64,000 bases of DNA from Myxococcota bacterium (GTDB taxonomy: Bacteria; Myxococcota_C; UBA6777), in contig JAKLKB010000013.1 of assembly GCA_023150835.1 (NCBI GenBank), forward strand, positions 1-64,000, written 5' to 3'. Numbering within the stretch: position 1 is the stretch's first letter; every line of letters begins with the position of its first letter. The notes beneath the pieces were generated by a model. It had not been told where the DNA came from and ran no database searches. It was given only the letters and a program-made list of their open reading frames with translations. Below are positions 9,531 through 18,786 of the stretch, piece after piece. A program made the translations under genes and the position numbers.

Positions 9531-11373
9531 CGCTCCCCGCCGTCAGACCGCCCACAAGGTTCTTTTGTAACGCAAAAAACAACAACACGATCGGCACCGA
9601 AACCAAGATCGCTCCCGCTGCAAAATGCCCCCACTCCGTGTTGTACGAACCCACGAAGCTTTGCAGCATCACAGGCAGCGTGTAATGCTTTTCGTCATTC
9701 ATAAACGTCGCCGCAAGGATAAACTCGTTCCATGCTGTCATAAACGAAAACAACGCTGTCACCGCGATCGCAGGTCGCGCCAGCGGCAAGATGATCCGCA
9801 AAAAGATCACCGTCCGCGAAGCCCCATCCATCAAGGCCGCTTCTTCGATCTCTTTGGGGATGGTGTCGAAATAGCCCTTGAGCATCCACACACAAAATGG
9901 GATCGAAGTCGTCGAATACACCAACGTCAACCCCAACAAGCTATTCAACAAACCAAGCCGTGACATCAGGATATACAACGGGATCATCATCAACGTCCCG
10001 GGGAACATCTGCGATACCAAAAAGCTCATCAATCCCGCAGATCGGCCCGGAAAGCGAAAGCGGCTAAAAGCATACGCCGCCGTACACGCCAAAAACACCC
10101 CCAAGATCGTCGTCACCAACGCGATCAACACCGAGTTAAGTAGCTGCCGCCAAAACAGCGACCGCCGCTTGATCCGCTCGTCGTGCTGATCTTTGATCCG
10201 CACCAAGACCTTTTGCATCTCCGCTCGTTCGGGCGTCGAAGAGACCTTCGCCAACACCGCACCTTGCCACCCCTCCAAAGCCGCTTGGCGCTGCTCCTTC
10301 GGCGAAGACCACGCCTGCACAAACGGCGTACACAACGCCCGATAACTCACGACTTTTTCTTCGACCGCCAACCCCCGCTCGCTGCGATGACGCACCGCCT
10401 CGCACACCTGATCCAGACACGCACTCCCCAGTCCCGTCACCTCGCCAAAGTTCTGCAACAATGCACGCCGATAACAAGCCGCAACTTCGGCCTTTCCTTC
10501 GCGAGAGGCTTGCCACCACAGCGCAACAGGCCGAGGGATCGGGTTCAACCCCATGCTAAAGCCTTGTGTCGGTGTGACGGCCATCTTCACCACCCACAAG
10601 ACGGGATAAAGCGTCGCGATCGTAAACATGATCAAAAACGCATGGGTCGCCCCCATCCCTGCCCACGGGCGATAACGCTCCAACCAACCGTCCGAAGGTT
10701 CACCCCGATATGAAAATGCCCGTTTGACGGGCTGCTCTTGACTCCCAAGCTGCTGCAACAGCCAGATCACAAAAAGGCCACCCGCCAACGCACTCAAATA
10801 CAACAGCGGAGCCTGCGCAGGTGTGGGCGATCTGCTGCCCCACAAAGCCACCACGCCCCGCAACATCGTCAGCGAACCCACCCCCGCAACAGTCAAGACC
10901 CGAAACCACGGCTGCAAGGGCAAACGCAACTGGCCGACCGCAAAGATCGCGATCACCAACCCCAAAAGCTCGATCAATCCGAGCCGCCCCGCCTCCAGAC
11001 CCAAGGCATCCACCACCCAGCCACTTAACCCGCGCAACAGATCACCCATCCACAAGGCCGATCCCACGCAGATCAACACCACTTCTCCCACCCAACCCGA
11101 CCACAAGATCAACGGCGACAACACCACCCACAGCATCAAGGCCGACGCAAACAGCGCCAACCACCACCACGGCGATTCCATCGCAGCACCCGCCCCCACC
11201 ATCGCCACAGAACTCAGCCCCACCACCCCCAACCACAACGCCGAGCGCGGCGCATCCCGCCCCAACACCATCACCAACCAACCCAACACCAGCCACCAAC
11301 ACGCGACCGACCAACCGCTCGCACGCCAGACCCAAACCAACGGATCAATTGTATCCAAAAAGCTCGGTGCCAT
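9520..11373 (-). CDS. Sugar ABC permease (MalG-like) with long N-terminal multi-TM extension
   Basis: AYAFSRFRFPGR, LKGYFDTIPKEIEEAALMDGAS (EAA loop), C-terminal VGGLTAGSVKG. Confidence 0.9.
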   Translation of the reverse strand: MAPSFLDTIDPLVWVWRASGWSVACWWLVLGWLVMVLGRDAPRSALWLGVVGLSSVAMVGAGAAMESPWWWLALFASALMLWVVLSPLILWSGWVGEVVLICVGSALWMGDLLRGLSGWVVDALGLEAGRLGLIELLGLVIAIFAVGQLRLPLQPWFRVLTVAGVGSLTMLRGVVALWGSRSPTPAQAPLLYLSALAGGLFVIWLLQQLGSQEQPVKRAFSYRGEPSDGWLERYRPWAGMGATHAFLIMFTIATLYPVLWVVKMAVTPTQGFSMGLNPIPRPVALWWQASREGKAEVAACYRRALLQNFGEVTGLGSACLDQVCEAVRHRSERGLAVEEKVVSYRALCTPFVQAWSSPKEQRQAALEGWQGAVLAKVSSTPERAEMQKVLVRIKDQHDERIKRRSLFWRQLLNSVLIALVTTILGVFLACTAAYAFSRFRFPGRSAGLMSFLVSQMFPGTLMMIPLYILMSRLGLLNSLLGLTLVYSTTSIPFCVWMLKGYFDTIPKEIEEAALMDGASRTVIFLRIILPLARPAIAVTALFSFMTAWNEFILAATFMNDEKHYTLPVMLQSFVGSYNTEWGHFAAGAILVSVPIVLLFFALQKNLVGGLTAGSVKG

Positions 11374-11446
11374 CGCCGCTTACTCTCTTTTCTTCTGCTT
11401 TTTACGCACCCACACTCCGCATCGTGCGCAAACCTTCCAAACTCGG

Positions 11447-13351
11447 CTAGTTGACCCCTTCCGTTGCGCGTGTCAAACGGTTCGTAGTCAACGAATAAAC
11501 CAACAAGATCAAAAAGATAATGGTCGAATAAGCCGCAGCGTATCCGTAGCGTTCCCCGCGCTGAAAGGCCCATCGATAGGCCTCTGTAATCAAGATATCC
11601 GTCGCCCCGCCCGGTTCCCCACCGCTCACAAGGTAGATGATGTTGAACATATTAAACGTCCAGATACAGCCCAAGATGATCGCAGGAAACAACGCAGGCT
11701 TCAACAAAGGCAGCGTGATATAACGAAACTTTTGCCAACGATTCGCCCCATCCACATCCGCTGCTTCGTAAAGATCCGATGGGATCGATTGCAACGCCCC
11801 CAACGAAACCACCATCATAAACGGAAAACCCAGCCATGTGTTGGTCACAAGATTGGCGGTAAAGGCCGTCGATGCGCTCGAAAACCAACTCACCCCTTCC
11901 AAACCAACACTCGTCAACAACGCATTGATCGCCCCAAACTGCTGGTGAAACATCCCTTTCCAGATCAAAGCGGTGATGTAGTTCGGGATCGCCCACGGCA
12001 AGATCAACAACACACGGTAAACTTCTTTCATCCGAAGCAACGGATTCTTGAGCAACAACGCCAGCGCCAGACCCAAGATCACATGCAAACCCACGTTGAG
12101 GACGGTCCACAAGATCGTCACCAACAAAGTGAAGTAAAAATTCAACGGATGTGGAAACGGATAAAGCTGCGAAAACAAGATATCGCGGAAGTTTTGCAGC
12201 CCCACAAACAGATAGTTCCCGCCCCCTGTGTGTCGAAAGAAACTCAGCAAGATCCCCACCGAAAACGGCGCAAACACCAGCAACAGCATCCCCGCCATCG
12301 CAGGCGTGACATACAGATACGCGCCCAAGTGATCGTGGATCGTCTGTGCCAAACGCCCCATCCATCCGACCATATAGATCGCATACAACAAGATCGCAAA
12401 CAACGCCGTCCAAAAAGACGGCAACCACGGAACCGTCACCAAAGGAAGAACCTTCGCGGCTTCCAAACGAGCCGACTGACCGGCTTGTAGTTTGAGTGTA
12501 TAGAATCCGCTCTTGGCTTGGGCGTTTGGCAATACTTTTGTCAACCACTCTTTCGGAACCGCCGAGGAGACCGACACCAAACAAGACAACAGGCGCGTAT
12601 CACGATCCATCCGCGCTTGTTGGGCCTTTTGCAAGGAGTCCACATGCCAAACATACGGATACATCGCGATCGCCACGATACCGACGAGCGGTACAAGATG
12701 GCCCCACGCACCCCGCACCAACCACAACACCAACCCCACCAACAACGCCGCCAAGCCCCACGACAACAACCACGGCATCTGCGGGCGTTGCGTATCTTGT
12801 TGCCATTGCGCAGAAAGTACGATGGTTCCGAGAAAACGCTCGCCCTCTCGTACCGCTGCCACGATACGCACTTGACGCTGCGCAGCATCCGTCTGAGACA
12901 CCCACCAGTCCGGCTTTTCTTGGCTCTTTTGCTCGGCCTCTGCGCTCAAATCAAACCATGCCTTGTCGACGGCGCTGTCTTTTTGAAGCTCTTGACCGAC
13001 CTTTTTGACGTCCGTATGGGCCACAAACACCTTCTTCTTTAAGAAGGCAAACATCCCCCCCGCTTGTTCGGCGATCACAAACGCATCGCGCAACAAAAAC
13101 TCCCGAGGCATCTGCTTTTTGAAGCGCAACAACCATCCTTGCACCGCTTCATTCTTAGCATCCGCAAGCACCGCCTGACGCCAAGCCCGCGCCGTCACTT
13201 TCAGTTGCCCAAGGACTTGGGCCGAAGGATCGGCCTCTGGCGCAAACGGAAACTGCGCCAACACCAGCGTCATCAAACCACCCAGCCAAAAAAACACCAC
13301 CCCACGATGCCCAAAAATCCTCGCCCAAGACAGCGTTGTGTTTGTTGCCAC
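11447..13351 (-). CDS. Sugar ABC permease (MalF-like) with N-terminal periplasmic Cache/PDC-like domain
   Basis: YRVLLILPWAIP, NTWLGFPFMM, LQSIPSDLYEAADVDGA, ITLPLLKP, FNMFNIIYL; GTG start. Confidence 0.9.
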   Translation of the reverse strand: MATNTTLSWARIFGHRGVVFFWLGGLMTLVLAQFPFAPEADPSAQVLGQLKVTARAWRQAVLADAKNEAVQGWLLRFKKQMPREFLLRDAFVIAEQAGGMFAFLKKKVFVAHTDVKKVGQELQKDSAVDKAWFDLSAEAEQKSQEKPDWWVSQTDAAQRQVRIVAAVREGERFLGTIVLSAQWQQDTQRPQMPWLLSWGLAALLVGLVLWLVRGAWGHLVPLVGIVAIAMYPYVWHVDSLQKAQQARMDRDTRLLSCLVSVSSAVPKEWLTKVLPNAQAKSGFYTLKLQAGQSARLEAAKVLPLVTVPWLPSFWTALFAILLYAIYMVGWMGRLAQTIHDHLGAYLYVTPAMAGMLLLVFAPFSVGILLSFFRHTGGGNYLFVGLQNFRDILFSQLYPFPHPLNFYFTLLVTILWTVLNVGLHVILGLALALLLKNPLLRMKEVYRVLLILPWAIPNYITALIWKGMFHQQFGAINALLTSVGLEGVSWFSSASTAFTANLVTNTWLGFPFMMVVSLGALQSIPSDLYEAADVDGANRWQKFRYITLPLLKPALFPAIILGCIWTFNMFNIIYLVSGGEPGGATDILITEAYRWAFQRGERYGYAAAYSTIIFLILLVYSLTTNRLTRATEGVN

Positions 13352-13500
13352 GATGCGCTTTCCCTCTCCGCTCGATCGTCCGAACCCAAATCCGCAAGAT
13401 CCGCCTTGTATCCGTCGCTTTCGCGTTGCATGGGCTAGACTCGCTGGAATTGAGCATCCTCAATTCCAGCCCGACAGCACCCATCTGCTTTGTATGTGCT

Positions 13501-14718
13501 TTACTTCATGGAGCTGAGCAGGCTCATGACTTCGCGTGTGGCCTCATCAAGCGCCTCTTTGGGCGTACCCTGCCCTCGAAAGATCTTTCCCAACGCATTC
13601 AACATCGGAGCCCACACCACCCGCATCGCAGGCGTATTGTCCATCGGGACCGTGTGATCGAGCTGACGGCGAAACGCCAACAAGATCGGATCGGCCTTGG
13701 CTTCGGGCGTGGCATAGCATGCTTGGTTGGCAACAGGTTGTTTTCCAACCGTCATCCGCACCATCGCCGAAGCTTTGGATGTCAGATACTTCATCACTTC
13801 AAAGGCGAGGCGCTTGTGCTTGCTGCGACGGCTTAACAACACAGCTTCCGAGGTCAAGAACGGTGCAGCGGGCTTTCCCGTCTCGCTCACGATCGGCATC
13901 GGTGCGACGGCGTATTGCACGCCTGTTTCGATCTCGCCTCGAAACCACGGGCCATTCAGTACCATCGCCACCTTGCCAGCGTTGAATAGCGAAGAGATCA
14001 GCTGGCTCGTCGGTTCTGCGGGCAAAAGCTTGTGCTTGTCTTGTAGATCTCGCGCAAAGCCCAAGGCTTTGATCCCCGCCTCCGAGGCCAGCGTCACTTT
14101 TCCGCCCGAAAAGACCTGCCCACCGAACCCATGCAGCCATGCGGCATGATGATAAAAATTCGTCGCCTCGTAAGCGAGACCAAAATTCCCCTTGGAAGCG
14201 TCGGTCAGAGACTTTGCGAGCGAGATCATCTCGGCAGAGGTGCGGGGTGGCGTCTTGACCAACTTGGTGTTGTAAAAGACGGCAAGACTCTTGTACGCCA
14301 ACGGCAAGCCGTAGAGAGCGTTGCCATAAGCCAACATCTGCACCGTCTTTGGGAAAAAGCGCGAAAGCAACGGCCCATCGACCCAAAAGGTGATCGGTTC
14401 GAGGATCTGATTTTTGGCCCAATCTCCGATCCGATCGTGCGCAAAGATAAACAAGTCCGGGCCGTGACCACGCGGGATCGCTGCGGAGATCTTGTCGGCA
14501 TAAGCATCGTAAGGGATCGACAACAGCCGCACACGGATCGTTTGCTGCGTTTTGTGGTATTGCTCCACCACAGCCTCCAAGGCGCGCCGTTCTTCCGCAC
14601 GGTACGCATGCCACATGACAAGCTCCGTTGGTTTGGCCGACGCGATCCGCGCCGATCCACCGATCCATCCGAAACATAGGCCCACAAGCAACCACTTTGC
14701 ACAGATCCGCCTGATCAT
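13501..14718 (-). CDS. Sugar ABC substrate-binding protein (MalE-like)
   Basis: Signal peptide; GPDLFIFAHDRIGDW, LYGLPL, FNAGKVAMVLNGPW, M..VW.PM. Confidence 0.9.
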   Translation of the reverse strand: MIRRICAKWLLVGLCFGWIGGSARIASAKPTELVMWHAYRAEERRALEAVVEQYHKTQQTIRVRLLSIPYDAYADKISAAIPRGHGPDLFIFAHDRIGDWAKNQILEPITFWVDGPLLSRFFPKTVQMLAYGNALYGLPLAYKSLAVFYNTKLVKTPPRTSAEMISLAKSLTDASKGNFGLAYEATNFYHHAAWLHGFGGQVFSGGKVTLASEAGIKALGFARDLQDKHKLLPAEPTSQLISSLFNAGKVAMVLNGPWFRGEIETGVQYAVAPMPIVSETGKPAAPFLTSEAVLLSRRSKHKRLAFEVMKYLTSKASAMVRMTVGKQPVANQACYATPEAKADPILLAFRRQLDHTVPMDNTPAMRVVWAPMLNALGKIFRGQGTPKEALDEATREVMSLLSSMK

Positions 14719-14767
14719 CGCACTCCTCCACCTTCCAAATCAAAAACCCACGACTCGCAAAACTCGA

Positions 14768-15331
14768 TCAGCCCTTTACCGATGTCGGCACTTCGCTCTC
14801 GTCTGTCACCATCCGCACAGACAAATAGATCCACAGACCCAGAAAAAAGCTCTTGAGGATCAAAGATTTGTGCAATGGAAGCACCAAAGCTCGCGCTTTC
14901 GTCCCAAAGTCCACCTGCGCCAGCAAAGGCACAAGGTGATACAACCCCACTCCCCCAAGCATCAAGCCGATCAGCCCGAGTGTCACGCGAACATCCATCC
15001 CCATCCCATGCGTCAAACCCGCCCACATCTTCTCCGAGCGCACAAACGTCGCTTCCACCCAACCCGAGCGTACCTCTTCAAGCGCAGCCTGCGCATACAG
15101 CTCGCTTTGCATCGCCTCTTCTTCCTCGGGTGTCAACGCAACTTCCGCATCCACCGCCCCAATCGATTCGACGACAACAGGTGATTCGATCGCGTTTTCT
15201 TCTGAATTCGCCACATCGGATGCTTCGGCAGCATTCGCCTCCAAAACCTCGATCGCATCGGCAGATGCAACAGCCATCTCTTGGGGGGCCACTTGTTTTG
15301 CAGCCACTTTTTTTTGTACTTTTTTCGCCAT
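14768..15331 (-). CDS. Hypothetical membrane protein inside the ABC operon
   Basis: GAGGAG RBS; acidic N-terminus and two C-terminal hydrophobic segments; fills the gap between the ATPase and binding-protein genes. Confidence 0.65.
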   Translation of the reverse strand: MAKKVQKKVAAKQVAPQEMAVASADAIEVLEANAAEASDVANSEENAIESPVVVESIGAVDAEVALTPEEEEAMQSELYAQAALEEVRSGWVEATFVRSEKMWAGLTHGMGMDVRVTLGLIGLMLGGVGLYHLVPLLAQVDFGTKARALVLPLHKSLILKSFFLGLWIYLSVRMVTDESEVPTSVKG

Positions 15332-15363
15332 GATCGCTCTCCTCTATGGTTCGTTCTAAAAGC

Positions 15364-16464
15364 CTAACGTTCGCCAATTGCGCGTGTGCTTTGTTTGTCA
15401 AACAAGTGCAGCGCATCGGGCGCAAAACGCAAGTGAAAAGACTCGCCGACTTTGCGCGCCTCGTCTGCGCCTTCTTGGCGCACAACCAAAGTTCCTTGAT
15501 CGAGGGGGAAATACAAAAAGGTTTCGGAACCCAGCGGCTCGCAAACTTCAAGCGGCAAAGAAGCCAGATCCGCCGCTTCTTTTTTCCCCACCAGTTCGAT
15601 GTGTTGAGGACGAATCCCCAAGATCACCTCGCCGCCCTCTCGCGTCGTGAGTGCTTTTTGAAGAGGCGCAGGCAACGGCAAAGAAAAAGCCTTGTGTTGA
15701 AACAAGATCTGATCGCCTTTGCGTTGCAATTGGCCTTCCAAAAGATTCATCGCGGGACTACCGATAAAGGTCGCCACAAACAAGTTCACAGGGTGGTGAT
15801 ACAACTCCATCGGCGAGCCGACTTGTTGGACTTCGCCGTCCTTCATCACCACGATCCGATCCGCCAACGTCATCGCCTCGACTTGATCGTGTGTGACGTA
15901 AATGCTCGTACTCCCCAAACGCCGATGCAGCCGAGCGATCTCTGTGCGCATCTGCACGCGCAGCTTGGCGTCCAAGTTGCTCAACGGCTCATCAAATAAA
16001 AACACCGATGGCTGGCGCACGATCGCTCGCCCCATCGCCACACGCTGCCGCTGCCCCCCACTCAACGCGCTCGGCTTGCGCTGCAAGTACGGCGTCAGAT
16101 CCAAGATCTGCGCAGCTTCTTCCACACGCTTTTGCACTTCTTGTTGTGGCATCTTTCGCAAGCGCAAACCAAAGGCCATATTCTCAAACACCGACATATG
16201 CGGATACAGCGCATACGACTGAAACACCATCGCGATATCACGGTCCTTTGGAGCCAACTCGTTCATTCGACGCCCCCCGATCCGCAGCTCGCCATCGCTG
16301 ATCTCTTCTAGCCCCGCCACCATCCGCAACGTCGTCGACTTCCCGCACCCCGAAGGTCCAACCAATACCAAAAACTCACGATCCGCAATGGTCAGATCCA
16401 CTCGACGCACAACTGTCACTTCGCCAAAACGCTTGGTGATGCCTTCCAATTGAACGACCGCCAT
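15364..16464 (-). CDS. Sugar ABC ATPase (MalK/UgpC family)
   Basis: Walker A GPSGCGKS, LSGGQRQRVAMGR, FDEPLSNLDAKLR, YVTHDQVEAMT; ATG at 16464 with GAGGAG RBS. Confidence 0.95.
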   Translation of the reverse strand: MAVVQLEGITKRFGEVTVVRRVDLTIADREFLVLVGPSGCGKSTTLRMVAGLEEISDGELRIGGRRMNELAPKDRDIAMVFQSYALYPHMSVFENMAFGLRLRKMPQQEVQKRVEEAAQILDLTPYLQRKPSALSGGQRQRVAMGRAIVRQPSVFLFDEPLSNLDAKLRVQMRTEIARLHRRLGSTSIYVTHDQVEAMTLADRIVVMKDGEVQQVGSPMELYHHPVNLFVATFIGSPAMNLLEGQLQRKGDQILFQHKAFSLPLPAPLQKALTTREGGEVILGIRPQHIELVGKKEAADLASLPLEVCEPLGSETFLYFPLDQGTLVVRQEGADEARKVGESFHLRFAPDALHLFDKQSTRAIGER

Positions 16465-17002
16465 CTTTGCTCCTCGATCTGCTCGCGGGTTGCTCATCAA
16501 CCCCGATGCTCCGAATTTACGGGCCTGCTTGAAACACCGCGACACCAAGACTTTATCGAGAAATCAAGCCTCTCGGGCTTTCTCTCAAACCCCACACTCT
16601 CGGGCCTCCTCGAAAAACCTCTCGCATGGCTTTCGCTGCACTCCACACCATCCTGTCGACTTCTTTGCATCCCATGCACGCATTGCGAATACGATATCTT
16701 TCCCGCATCGACAAGCCCCCGCCTTCTTTTCGTCAAAAAAGTGCTGTACTGCTCGAACGGATCATCCTCCCTCTTCCCAACAACCACCTCCTCTTGTCGC
16801 CCTGCCCTTCGGCGTTTCACCTACACCCTGCGACCACAACGATCTCCTCTATATTCGCCGCGCAACGACACAAGGACGCATCTCTCCTGTTGCATTTTGC
16901 TTCCCGATCGGTAAATAATCGCCGACGCTACACACGAAGCGCCCTGTTCACAAGGGACGGCGCACAAACCTCCCTTGCCATCGCTTCCTTTGCAATCGCT
17001 GT

Positions 17003-18625
17003 ATGGATCATGCCGTGACAAAAAAAGATTTTGACAAGCAAAAACCTTCCTATCCCACGAATGGACAGCCTTACAGCCATTCATCCCCGCCTTCTTCGGA
17101 TCCTTTTCAAGCCCAAAGTGGCAGTCCCTTCAAACCGTCGGGTAGTCCTTTTCAGCCTACAGGCGGTCCTTTTGAACAAGGCAGCCCTTTTCAAACGGGT
17201 TCCAACGCCCGCTTTGAAGGCGAAGAATACGACTTTGCGGCTGCTCCCGAATCCGCGACAGCGCTCTTTAGTGCCGAACTATTCGGAGACCTCGACATCG
17301 CTCCTGCTGCCGAACCGCCCGCTCGCCATACGGCAACACCTTCGCTCGAACTTGAACTCGAACAAAAGCTCCCAGATCGCGCACGCACCGCTACCAAAGC
17401 CACACAAACCCAGTCTCTTTCCATTCCCCCTCCGATCGTCAAACAACCCTCCTCAAGCGGAAAGATCATCCTCATCTTGGGGTTGCTCGTTGTCTTGGGC
17501 GGAGGTGGAACTGCCGCAGCCTATTTCCTCGGCTTCTTTGATGCCCCACCCGCTCCCGTTGTTCGCCGCGCCATCGAGATATCCAGCATCCCCACGGGTG
17601 CAACTCTCTGGATCGACAACAAAAAAATGCCACAACCCACCCCTCTCGCCCTCAATCTCGTGGTCGGTCGCAAGTACAGCCTCCGCGTCGAAGCCCTCGG
17701 GCACAAACCCCAACGCGCTCTTCTTACGCTCTCGGATCGGGGCGAAAAAGTCACTCAAAAAGTCCAATACACCCTCCAAAAGCTCGATGCTCCGCCCACT
17801 TCACCGCAAACCCGGCAAGATCCGCTCCCACAAACCCGACAAGATCCCATCCCTCCCATCACACCACCATCCACCGAAAAGCTCGGTACGATCGAGATCT
17901 TGTGCAAAACCGAAGGCGCAAATCTCTCCATCCAAGCCGACCCTTCGGCCTCACCTTCTCCCACGATCCCCACACCGAACCTCGTCTGCAAACTTGCGCC
18001 GCAAAAGCTCCAACTTCCTCCCGGAAAATACATCCTCACCACCACCAAAGACGGCTTCGACAACGACGAACAAAAAATCGAGATCATCGCCGAACAAGCC
18101 CAAACCCTCAGCATCGAACTCCAAGAAACCCAAACCAAGCCGTCTCGCAAACGTCGCCGAAAATCCACACAAAGAGGCACCCCTCCCGCTCACCGAAACG
18201 GTGTGCGCCTTCGTGGTGCAGCCGAGATCACCATCTCCAGCAACTTCCCCGGAACCATCGTGCGTTGGCGCGGCAAAAAATTAGGCAAGACCCCGCTCAC
18301 TCACCGTTTCCCTGCGGGCCCACAAACCGTCACCGTCGAACACCCCTCGCTGTTTAGTCGACTCGACAAAACTTTTACGGTCACCCCCAAAACCAACCAA
18401 ACTGTCGCCGTCGAATTCAAAAAGGGCCGCATCAAGTTCATCATCCAACCGTGGGCAGACGTCACCATCAACGGCCAAAAGATCGGCCAAACCCCCATGC
18501 CACCTTATACCGCATGGCCGGGCGTCTACACCATCCAACTCCAAATGAAAGACAAATCCGCCCAAAAGATCATCAACCTCAAGTCGGGTGGCACCTCCAC
18601 CATCCGCCACTCTTTCAACGAGTAG
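17003..18625 (+). CDS. Single-pass membrane protein with multiple PEGA domains
   Basis: Disordered N-terminus, one TM (IILILGLLVVLGG), PEGA-like repeats (ISSIPTGATLWIDN, LGKTPL, QPWADVTINGQKIGQTP). Confidence 0.8.
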   Translation: MDHAVTKKDFDKQKPSYPTNGQPYSHSSPPSSDPFQAQSGSPFKPSGSPFQPTGGPFEQGSPFQTGSNARFEGEEYDFAAAPESATALFSAELFGDLDIAPAAEPPARHTATPSLELELEQKLPDRARTATKATQTQSLSIPPPIVKQPSSSGKIILILGLLVVLGGGGTAAAYFLGFFDAPPAPVVRRAIEISSIPTGATLWIDNKKMPQPTPLALNLVVGRKYSLRVEALGHKPQRALLTLSDRGEKVTQKVQYTLQKLDAPPTSPQTRQDPLPQTRQDPIPPITPPSTEKLGTIEILCKTEGANLSIQADPSASPSPTIPTPNLVCKLAPQKLQLPPGKYILTTTKDGFDNDEQKIEIIAEQAQTLSIELQETQTKPSRKRRRKSTQRGTPPAHRNGVRLRGAAEITISSNFPGTIVRWRGKKLGKTPLTHRFPAGPQTVTVEHPSLFSRLDKTFTVTPKTNQTVAVEFKKGRIKFIIQPWADVTINGQKIGQTPMPPYTAWPGVYTIQLQMKDKSAQKIINLKSGGTSTIRHSFNE

Positions 18626-18763
18626 CCGCCCCCCCTCCACCCTCCACCTCTTCCATGTAGTTTTCCATCGCGCCTCGGCTTTCCTTTCAACGAGTAGCCC
18701 CCCCCTCCACCTCTTCCCATGTAGTTTTCCATCGCGCCTCGGCTTTCCTTTCAACGAGTAGCC
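18612..18763. repeat. Tandem repeat (72- and 64-bp periods) overlapping the PEGA gene stop codon
   Basis: ctttcaacgagtagcc at 18612, 18684 and 18748, with near-identical intervening sequence. Confidence 0.9.
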
Positions 18764-18786
18764 CCACCCACCCTCACCCTCCACCA

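Noticed and set aside
10823-12490. 555-aa + strand ORF and similar long antisense ORFs (40035..41453, 41315..42952, 5236..6450, 61869..63104)
   Set aside because: Shadows of well-supported genes on the opposite strand, with no recognisable motifs
16465-17002. Small gene or ncRNA in the divergent spacer
   Set aside because: Only short imperfect repeats and weak hairpins; nothing recognisable
18612-18763. Mini CRISPR array
   Set aside because: The intervening segments are near-identical to each other, and the repeat includes a gene's stop codon
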